Of a DNA stretch of 56,383 nucleotides, positions 1 to 8,700 are shown piece by piece. Both the position numbers and the translations under genes were made by a program. The stretch comes from an uncultured Clostridium sp. Its GTDB lineage: Bacteria; Bacillota_I; Bacilli_A; RF39; UBA660. The stretch lies in NCBI GenBank assembly GCA_964649575.1, contig CAZYRI010000003.1, positions 1 through 56,383 of the forward strand. Direction: 5' to 3'. The notes under the pieces are model-generated. The model was not told the DNA's origin. It searched no databases and was given only the letters and a program-made list of their open reading frames with translations. Numbering within the stretch: the first letter of the stretch is position 1; every line of letters begins with the position of its first letter.

Positions 1-77
1 AGAATATGTTTTAAAATATGGTAAAAAGTTTTAGATTATAAGTTTAATTTAAATTGAAAAAATTTAATTGAAAATTA

Positions 78-106
78 TTGACAAAGATATATGAATAAAC
101 TATAAT
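78..106 (+). promoter_or_regulatory. sigma-A promoter of the T-box/aspS unit
   Basis: TTGACA (78-83), 17-nt spacer, TATAAT (101-106): perfect consensus. Confidence 0.9.
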
Positions 107-114
107 CTACTCAT

Positions 115-345
115 AAGCAATGAAGGAAAACAGTAGTTATTTATCTTCCTTAATAGAGAGTTAGTGGCTGGTGGAAACTAATAATAGGTATTTAATGAAT
201 AAAAAAATCGTGACAATTTCTGGAGCTAATATGCATGTCTGCTATAAAGACTAAAAGGTAGAAATAATGAATCTATGAAGTAAGATGGTACAGCGAACAA
301 AGTCGCTCTTACGAATAGATTCTTTTTTGTTTATAAGGAGGAATT
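115..345 (+). ncRNA. T-box riboswitch, Asp (GAC) specifier
   Basis: AGAGAG (155-160) and GCTGGTGGAA (167-176) stem I motifs; GAC at 212-214 in the specifier position; antiterminator GTAAGA-TGGTACA-GCGA..TCGC-TCTTAC (280-312); lies upstream of aspS. Confidence 0.9.
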
Positions 346-348
346 TAT

Positions 349-2085
349 ATGGCTAACAAATATAGAAATATATATTGTGGTGAAGTAACAAAAGAATATG
401 AAAATAAAGAAGTAAGAGTTGCTGGATGGATTGAAAGTATTAGAAATTTAGGAAGTTTAGTATTTATTGCTTTAAGAGATGAAACTGGTATTGTTCAATT
501 GATAAGTGAGAATACAGAATATAGTCGTCTTAACCGTGAAAGTACTGTTACTGTTTTAGGTAAAGTTGTTTCAAGAACACCAGATATGGTTAATAAGAAT
601 ATGAAAACTGGTGAAATTGAAATTGAAATCAAAGAGTTAGAAGTGCTTGGTGATGTTTATAAAACACTCCCATTTGAAGTGAAAAATAGTAAAACATCTA
701 GTGAAGAAACTAGACTTAAGTATCGTTATTTAGATCTTAGAAATAAGAGTGTTCATGATGGTATTAGATTTAGAACAGAAGTTATTGATTTTATAAGATA
801 TACAATGAAAGATATGAAGTTTACTGAAATTCAAACTCCAATACTTACTGCATCTAGTCCAGAAGGAGCAAGAGATTTTATTGTTCCAAGTAGAAAATAT
901 AAAGGTAAATTTTATGCTTTACCACAAGCACCACAAATATTTAAACAATTATTAATGTGTAGTGGTTTTGATAGATATTTTCAAATCGCACCTTGTTTTA
1001 GAGATGAAGATCCAAGAAGTGATAGATTATATGGTGAATTTTATCAATTAGACTTTGAAATGTCATTTGCTACTCAAGAAGATGTATTTCTTGTAGGGCA
1101 AAGAGTATTCTATGATGTGTTTAAAAAGTTTGGTAATAAAGAGGTATCAAGTGTTCCTTTTAGAAGAATATCATTTAAAGAAGCAATGGAGAAATATGGT
1201 AGTGATAAACCAGATTTAAGAATACCATTTGAAATTATTAATATTACTGAATTATTGTCTAATAATGAAAGTGTTGTTTTTAAAGATAAAGAAGTTAAGT
1301 GTATGGTTTTAAAAGAAAATGATAAATCTAATAGTTTTTATAAAAAACTTGAAGAGGAATATAAGAACTTAGGTGTTAGTTCACTTGGATTTATTAAATA
1401 TAATAATGAAATAACTGGTACAATGGCTAAATTATTTAGTGATAGTGAAAAAGAAAAGTTGGTTCAAACATTAAATCTTCAAAATGGTAATACTGTGGTT
1501 ATTGTTTGTGGAACTAAAGGAGAAAAATTTGACAAACTTTGTGGTTCTTTAAGACTTAAACTTGGTAATGAACTTGATTTAATTGATAAGAATAAATATG
1601 AATTTTGTATTATTGTTGATTTCCCTTTCTATGAATGGAATGAAGAAGATAATAAATGGGATTTTACACATAATCCATTTAGTATGCCAAATGGTGGTCT
1701 TGATTCTTTACTTAATAAGAACCCTGGTGATATTGTTGCTTGTCAATATGATTTTGTTTGTAATGGCCTTGAAATGGCTAGTGGTGGGGAGAGAAATTAT
1801 AGCCCAATAATTCTTAAAAAAGCATTTGAAATAGCTGGTTATGATGAAAGTGTAGTTGAAAGTAAATTTCCATCATTATATCAAGCATTTCAATTTGGAG
1901 CACCACCTCATGCTGGTATGGCTCCTGGACTTGATAGAATTCTTATGTTACTTAAAGACGAAGAAAATATAAGAGAAATGGTAGCATTCCCAATGGCTGC
2001 TAATGGTGCTGATGCTTTAATGGGTTGTCCAAATGAAGTATTTGAAAAGCAATTAAGAGAAACTCATATTAAGGTTCGTGACTAG
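349..2085 (+). CDS. aspS: aspartate--tRNA ligase
   Basis: OB fold, PEGARDF, YALPQAPQIFKQLLM, FRDED, GAPPHAG motifs; SD AAGGAGG. Confidence 0.97.
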   Translation: MANKYRNIYCGEVTKEYENKEVRVAGWIESIRNLGSLVFIALRDETGIVQLISENTEYSRLNRESTVTVLGKVVSRTPDMVNKNMKTGEIEIEIKELEVLGDVYKTLPFEVKNSKTSSEETRLKYRYLDLRNKSVHDGIRFRTEVIDFIRYTMKDMKFTEIQTPILTASSPEGARDFIVPSRKYKGKFYALPQAPQIFKQLLMCSGFDRYFQIAPCFRDEDPRSDRLYGEFYQLDFEMSFATQEDVFLVGQRVFYDVFKKFGNKEVSSVPFRRISFKEAMEKYGSDKPDLRIPFEIINITELLSNNESVVFKDKEVKCMVLKENDKSNSFYKKLEEEYKNLGVSSLGFIKYNNEITGTMAKLFSDSEKEKLVQTLNLQNGNTVVIVCGTKGEKFDKLCGSLRLKLGNELDLIDKNKYEFCIIVDFPFYEWNEEDNKWDFTHNPFSMPNGGLDSLLNKNPGDIVACQYDFVCNGLEMASGGERNYSPIILKKAFEIAGYDESVVESKFPSLYQAFQFGAPPHAGMAPGLDRILMLLKDEENIREMVAFPMAANGADALMGCPNEVFEKQLRETHIKVRD

Positions 2086-2816
2086 TGAATACTATTGATT
2101 TAAATGATTTTGATGGAGAAACTGCTTTTTATCATTTTACTAATAAAAGTAATTATGAAAGTATAGATTCTAATGGACTTATACCTTCTATTGGTAATAA
2201 TGCACAAGGTATAGAAATCACCAAGAAAGTATTTTTTTCAAAAGGTAATATAGGTTTTCTTAGATTATGTGATGTATGGATTAACTGGTTTATATATAGA
2301 GTTAGTTTATATGATTCAGTTCTTAAATATAAAGATATTAGTGAAGAAGAAAGAATGAATTTAAAAAGAAAATTTAGAGAGGACTTTACTAAAGGACTTT
2401 ATTATACAGAAGATAATATTAATTATGCTTTATCTTGGATGTTAGATTTTATGAAAACTAATATAGTGTTAAAACTTGATATAAGTGATAAAGATTATGA
2501 TTCATTTGATATTGATGAAGCTAAATCTCATGAAACAGAAGAATTTATTAATAGGATGTATTTAGGTTATGTAACTAGTAAAAATTATATTGAAACATTT
2601 AATATGCATACTAAAAGTGGAAGTGGAGTAGATAAAGATAAAATATCTTTGATTACGGTTTTAGGTGATGATTCTGCGATTAGTATACTAAAAGAAATAT
2701 ATAGAAAAGAAAAAGAAAAAAATAAAAATCTTGAATTTGCATTTCTTGATAAACTTATGAGTTATGTAGATTCTATGGATTATAATATAAAATTATATAA
2801 AAGAGGAAGTGATTAA
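2085..2816 (+). CDS. hypothetical protein with ADP-ribosyltransferase-like N-terminal motif
   Basis: 243 aa, GTG start overlapping the aspS stop; FYHFT...N..SI...GLIP...KVFFS resembles DarT/KptA-type ART folds. Confidence 0.6.
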   Translation: MNTIDLNDFDGETAFYHFTNKSNYESIDSNGLIPSIGNNAQGIEITKKVFFSKGNIGFLRLCDVWINWFIYRVSLYDSVLKYKDISEEERMNLKRKFREDFTKGLYYTEDNINYALSWMLDFMKTNIVLKLDISDKDYDSFDIDEAKSHETEEFINRMYLGYVTSKNYIETFNMHTKSGSGVDKDKISLITVLGDDSAISILKEIYRKEKEKNKNLEFAFLDKLMSYVDSMDYNIKLYKRGSD

Positions 2817-2817
2817 A

Positions 2818-4311
2818 ATGGAAAGACAATTTACAGAACAAGAACTTGTTCGTAGAGAAAAAATGGAAAAAATGAGAAGTCTTGGTATGGATCCTTTTGG
2901 TAGTAGATTTGATAGAGATAGTTTTGCTGCTGATTTAAAGGAAAAATATAAAGATGTAGAACATGAAGAATTTGAAAATATGACTGATACTGCAACTATA
3001 GCAGGAAGAATTATGTTTATTAGAAAAATGGGTAAAGCATCATTTTTCTCTCTTAAAGATAAAACTGGTTCAATTCAAATATATATATCAATAAACGATA
3101 TTGGAGAAGACTCATATAATTTATTTAAGAGTGCTGATATTGGTGATATAGTAGGTGTTTATGGTAAAGTTATGAAGACTAAAACTGGTGAACTTACTAT
3201 TAAGTGTTTAAAATATACACCACTTGTTAAGGCCCTAAAACCACTACCAGAAAAGTTTCATGGACTTACTGATATTGAAGAAAGATATAGAAGAAGATAT
3301 GTTGATTTGATTATGAATGATGATTCTAAAAGAGTAGCATTTACTAGACCTAGAATTATTAGATGTATTCAAAACTTTATGGATGGAAGAGGATTTACCG
3401 AAGTTGAAACTCCGATTTTAAATACTCTTTTAACAGGTGCTTCAGCAAGACCTTTTATTACTCATCATAATACACAAGATATGGATATGTATTTAAGAAT
3501 AGCACTAGAATTACCATTAAAAAGACTATTAGTTGGTGGTATGGAAGCTGTTTATGAAATAGGTAGAACATTTAGAAATGAAGGAATGGATCCAATGCAT
3601 AATCCTGAGTTTACTTTAATGGAAGCATATTTAGCTTATTCTAATCTTGAAGGTATGATGGAAATGACTGAAAGTATGTTTAAGACTATTGCTAAAGATA
3701 TATTTAATAAATATACATTTAACTGGAATGGTAATGAAATTAATCTTGATGGAGCTTGGAAGAGAATAAGCATGGTTGATGCTATAAAAGAACAAACTGG
3801 TATTGATTTTAAAAAAGAAATGACTGTTGAAGAAGCTTTAGAACTTGCAAAAGAACATGATATTGAAGTAGAAGAACATCAACATAATGTTGGTCATATT
3901 ATCAATTTATTTTTTGAAAAATATGTTGAAGAAACATTGATTCAACCAACATTCTTATATGGACATCCAGTTGAGATTAGTCCACTTACTAAGAGAAATC
4001 CTGAAGATGCAAGATTTGTAGATAGATTTGAATTATTTATTGGCGGTAAAGAGTTTGCTAATGCATATACAGAGTTAAATGATCCTATTGATCAATTAGA
4101 AAGATTTGAGAGTCAATTAAAAGAAAAAGAACTTGGAAATGATGAAGCTAATGATATAGATATGGATTTCGTTGAAGCTTTAGAATATGGTATGCCTCCT
4201 GCTGGTGGTATTGGTTATGGTATTGATAGACTTGTTATGTTTTTTACTGAATCAGCAAGTATAAGAGATGTAATATTATTTCCAACTATGAAAGAAAGAG
4301 ATAGAAAATAA
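2818..4311 (+). CDS. lysS: lysine--tRNA ligase (class II)
   Basis: LPEKFHGLTD, YLRIALEL, FRNEG, HNPEFT, GIDRLVM motifs; ATG at 2818 after AGAGGAAG. Confidence 0.97.
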   Translation: MERQFTEQELVRREKMEKMRSLGMDPFGSRFDRDSFAADLKEKYKDVEHEEFENMTDTATIAGRIMFIRKMGKASFFSLKDKTGSIQIYISINDIGEDSYNLFKSADIGDIVGVYGKVMKTKTGELTIKCLKYTPLVKALKPLPEKFHGLTDIEERYRRRYVDLIMNDDSKRVAFTRPRIIRCIQNFMDGRGFTEVETPILNTLLTGASARPFITHHNTQDMDMYLRIALELPLKRLLVGGMEAVYEIGRTFRNEGMDPMHNPEFTLMEAYLAYSNLEGMMEMTESMFKTIAKDIFNKYTFNWNGNEINLDGAWKRISMVDAIKEQTGIDFKKEMTVEEALELAKEHDIEVEEHQHNVGHIINLFFEKYVEETLIQPTFLYGHPVEISPLTKRNPEDARFVDRFELFIGGKEFANAYTELNDPIDQLERFESQLKEKELGNDEANDIDMDFVEALEYGMPPAGGIGYGIDRLVMFFTESASIRDVILFPTMKERDRK

Positions 4312-4315
4312 TTTA

Positions 4316-4349
4316 TAAAGTCATACATTAGTTGTGTGATTTTTATTTA
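4316..4349 (+). terminator. probable intrinsic terminator after lysS
   Basis: imperfect hairpin AAAGTCATAA-like arm (AAAGTCATAC...GTGTGATTTT) followed by a T-rich tract. Confidence 0.5.
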
Positions 4350-4432
4350 TAAGAAGAAATGATTGATGTAATCAGATGCTTAAATATGAAGATATAACAG
4401 ATTATAAAAAATAACGTGTTTTTAAAATCCAA

Positions 4433-4461
4433 TTGACAAACTTTTGTTTGTAAGATACAAT
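4433..4461 (+). promoter_or_regulatory. sigma-A promoter
   Basis: TTGACA (4433-4438), 17 nt, TACAAT (4456-4461). Confidence 0.75.
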
Positions 4462-4477
4462 GATATTGGTGAAAGGT

Positions 4478-5344
4478 ATGATATATTTAAAGAGTTTTAC
4501 TTTACTTGATGAAAAAGAAGAAAATAATTATGTACTTGGTAGTGATTCAAGAAGAATATATAACAATTATTATCCACTTAATATATTTAGTAGTAGAAAA
4601 TTAAAAGATATTGAATTTGGTAGTATTACTTGTTTTTATGGCGGTAACGGTAGTGGAAAAAGTACAATTTTAAATATTATTTCTGAAAAACTGAATTCTA
4701 ATAGAAAAATTGAAATAGATAAAGGGTCATTTTTTAATATATATGTTAAACATACAACTTATGAAATGGGAAATCTACAACCTATAACTATAAAAACTAT
4801 TACTAGTGATGATGTGTTTGATTATTTACTTGATATAAGAAGTATTAATTCTCATATTAATCGTAGAAAAGAAAAACTTAGTAAAGAGTTTCTAGAAAAT
4901 AAATATAGTAATAATAATATTATTTTTGATGATATTGATGTTCTTAGAGATAGTGTTGATTCTAAAAGAAAAACTATGTCTAGATATGTAAGAGATAGGC
5001 TTGTTAATAATAATATAATTGAATCATCTAATGGAGAGTCAGCTTTAATGTTTTGGGAAAAAGAAATAGAAGAAGATAGTATTTATATATTAGATGAGCC
5101 TGAGAATAGTTTAAGTGCTGAAAATCAAATTAAACTTATGAAGTTTATAGAAGATTCTGTTAGGTTTTATAATTGTCAATTTATTATTTCAACACATTCA
5201 CCATTTTTTCTTTCAATAAAAGATGCGGTAATTTATGATTTAGATACAGTGCCTGTTAGAATTAGAAAATGGACTGAATTAGAAAATGTTAAAATATATA
5301 AAGATTTTTTTGATGAACATAGTAGTGAATTTAAGGAGAAATAA
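4478..5344 (+). CDS. ABC/AAA-type ATPase (COG3910-like)
   Basis: Walker A GGNGSGKST, signature SNGES, Walker B ILDEPE, STHSP; start moved to ATG 4478, downstream of the promoter and GGTGA SD. Confidence 0.85.
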   Translation: MIYLKSFTLLDEKEENNYVLGSDSRRIYNNYYPLNIFSSRKLKDIEFGSITCFYGGNGSGKSTILNIISEKLNSNRKIEIDKGSFFNIYVKHTTYEMGNLQPITIKTITSDDVFDYLLDIRSINSHINRRKEKLSKEFLENKYSNNNIIFDDIDVLRDSVDSKRKTMSRYVRDRLVNNNIIESSNGESALMFWEKEIEEDSIYILDEPENSLSAENQIKLMKFIEDSVRFYNCQFIISTHSPFFLSIKDAVIYDLDTVPVRIRKWTELENVKIYKDFFDEHSSEFKEK

Positions 5345-5347
5345 GAT

Positions 5348-5668
5348 ATGCCAAAATATAATAAATTAGTAAGAGATAGAATACCTGAAATAATAGAAAG
5401 TAAAGGAGAAAAAGCAATTATTAGGATTCTTAATGATGAAGAATATAGAAATGAACTTATTAAGAAATTGAATGAGGAATATAATGAAGTTAAAAGTGCT
5501 AGTGAGTATGATATTATTGAAGAACTTGCTGATATGTTAGAAGTAATGGTATCAATCGCAGAACTTCAAAATAAAACACTTGCTGATATTATTTCAGTAA
5601 AAGAAGAAAAGAAAAATAAAAGAGGAGGATTTTCTAAAAAAATATTTTTAGAAGAAGTTGAAAAATAA
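5348..5668 (+). CDS. MazG-like nucleoside triphosphate pyrophosphohydrolase
   Basis: YNKLVRDRIPEII, KLNEE..E, EELADMLEV, KRGGF motifs. Confidence 0.85.
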   Translation: MPKYNKLVRDRIPEIIESKGEKAIIRILNDEEYRNELIKKLNEEYNEVKSASEYDIIEELADMLEVMVSIAELQNKTLADIISVKEEKKNKRGGFSKKIFLEEVEK

Positions 5669-5742
5669 AAAATAAAAATTATGTCAACATTTATTGATAT
5701 AATTTTTTTTAATAGGTATAATTGATATTGGTGAGGTATGAA

Positions 5743-8700
5743 GTGAAAGATATAAGACTATTAAAATTAGCAAATTCAATTAAATTAAATGAAGATTTCA
5801 CTAAGTATTTAGAGAATGCTGAGTTAAAAGAAGTACTTTTAAATAAAAAAACTAATAAAATGACTATTGTTATCATTAATGATTTTTTATTTCCAATAGA
5901 AATGTTTCTTGAATTATATCAAAATGGTACTTTACTTGATGGAGTAGATAAAATAAGATATAAATTTATTATAAAAAATAATGATAAATATTTTAAAGAA
6001 TATTTCTTATATTATTTTGATATATTAGTTAAGTCATGTCCAATGCTTGAATGTGTAAAAAAAGATAGAATGGTATTTAATGGTAATACTGTTGATATAG
6101 AAGTGTTAAATACAGCTGAAAAGAATAAGATTGAAGAATTAGTTGATAAAATGGAAGTTTTTTTAAGTGATATGGGTTTTGATGATATTAATATAAAAGC
6201 AACTATTAATGAAAAAGAAAGAGAAAAGTTTAGAGAATCTTTAACTGAAGTAAGAGATGAAGTTATAAGTAAGAAAACTAAAACTGTTATTAAAGGAAAT
6301 CCTATTGCTGGTGAAGCATCTCAAATAAAGAATTTGATTGCTGCGGAAGATAAAGTTGTACTTATAGCTAAAGTATTTGGTATTGAATCTAAAACTACTC
6401 AAAGTGGATGGCTTATTATAACTATTAAAATAACTGATTATACTGATAGTATTATTTCTAATATATTTACTAAGAAACAAGAAGAATTTGATTATTTACT
6501 TTCAAATATAAAGAAAGATAAATGGTATAAATTCAAGGGTACTATTAAATATAATACTAGAAGTAATGATTATGAGTTTGGTATTAATGACATAGAAACT
6601 TATGAAAAAACAGAAAATAAGATAGTAGATAATGCTGAAGTTAAAAGAGTGGAATTACATGCTCATACCATGATGAGTCAAATGGATGGTCTTACTAAAC
6701 TTGATCTTGGAGCTCATACTTGTGAACTTGTAAGTAGAACTATTGATATGGGATATAGAGGGGTTGCTATAACTGATCATAATGGATGTCAAGCATTTCC
6801 AATCGCTTATCAAATTATAAAAGGTTATAATAAAAATATTAAAAAGAAAGTTAAAGAAAATCTTGATGCTTTAAAAGAAAAACTTAATAATGAAATGAGT
6901 GAAGAAGAAAAAGTTAGATTAAATGATGAAATTATAAAAGCAGAAGAAACAGTTAATAATCCTCCAATATTTAAAGGACTTTATGGAACAGAACTTACTC
7001 TTGTTGATGATACTGTTAAAATAGTTGTTAAAGGAACTGATCTTCCACTTGATGGAACAGAATTTGTAGTTTATGATACTGAAACAACTGGGTTTAATGC
7101 AGCTAATGGAGATCAAATGATTGAAATTGGTGCGGTTAAGATAAAAGATGGTGTTATTACAGATAGATTTGATAAATTTATTAATCCTGGAAGACATATT
7201 CCAGATAAAATAACAGAATTAACATTTATTACTGATGAGATGGTAAAGGATGCTAGTGATGAGGGAACTGTAACGAAAGAATTTTTAGAATGGGCTGGGG
7301 ATTTACCTATGGTTGCTCATAATGCTAAGTTTGATATATCATTTATTGAAATGGCAATGAAAAAATATGATTTAGGTGAATTTAAGAATACGGTTATAGA
7401 TACACTTGAATTATCAAGAGCACTTGATCAAGGTTTTGCAAGACATAGTTTATCAGCACTTGTTAAAAGATATAATGTACCATTCGATGAAGAAAGTCAT
7501 CATAGAGCGGATTATGATGCAGAAGGTACAGCACTTGTTTTTCATAAAATGTTACAAAAATTAATTGGTCAAAATTATGAAACAATTAATTCTCTTGAAA
7601 ATTTGGTTCCAAAAGACGAAATACATAAATTTGGTAGAACATATCATTTTAATGCAATTGCTTTAAATAGAACTGGTCTTAAAAATTTATTTAAAATAAT
7701 TTCTCTTGCTAATACAACATATTTATATAAAACACCTAGAATATTAAGAAGTAAGCTTAATGAATTAAGAGAAGGTTTACTTATTGGTAGTGGATGTTAT
7801 GAAAGTGAAGTATTTATTGAAGCAAGAAGTAAAGATGGTGAAGAACTTACTAATATAATTAATTTTTATGATTATGTTGAAGTACAGCCACCTGAAGTAT
7901 ATGATCATTTACTTCAAACGGGAGATTTTGCTAATATTTTTGAATTGAAAACTCATATTAAAAAAGTTATTGATGCTACTAAAGGTGCTGGTAAAATTAT
8001 AGTTGCTACTGGGGATGTACATCACTTTACAAGAGAAGATAAAATATATAGAGAAATTATTGTAAATCAAAAAGTTCCAGGTGGAGGAAGACATCCACTT
8101 GCTAAAAGTAATATTATTAATATACCATCTCAACATTTTAGAACTACTGATGAAATGTTAAAAGATTTTGATTTCTTAGATAATGATCTAGCTTATGAAA
8201 TAGTAGTTACTAATACTAATAAAATATGTGATATGGTTAGTGAATTTGAAGTCATTATGGATACAAAAGGTATACCATTTTCTCCAAGAGTAAAAGCTGA
8301 TGATGGTAAAACATATTTGGATTGTCCGAGAGTTGTTACAGATCTTGTATTTGAAAAAGCTGCTTCTTGGTATGGAAATCCTCTTCCTCATAATATTGAA
8401 GAAAGAATTTCTAAAGAATTATATGGAGATGCTGTTTATAATTATTGGTATAATAGATTAAAGAGTGAAAATGAAAATATAAGTGAAGAAGAACTTATAG
8501 AAAAAACGTTTGATAATTTGCATGAAACACTTATAGCGGGATTTGATAGAGTTAAAGAGTTAATAGGCGAAAAAGTTAAAAAAGAATGGAATGAAGATGA
8601 TGGAGAACTTAATGATAAGAGTTTAGCTACTAAGGTTAAAAAAGAACTTGGAGGTATCATTGGAGGTGGATTCGATCCTATTTATTTGATTGCTCAAAGA

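Noticed and set aside
310-317. TACGAATA, identical to the streptococcal ComX (cin) box, of interest given the SigH/ComX-like sigma and the pilins
   Set aside because: It lies inside the T-box antiterminator stem, and I did not see it upstream of the pilin genes; likely chance.
8422-8649. Possible intein in PolC
   Set aside because: No N-terminal Cys/Ser, no His-Asn end and no splicing motifs; reported only as an insertion.
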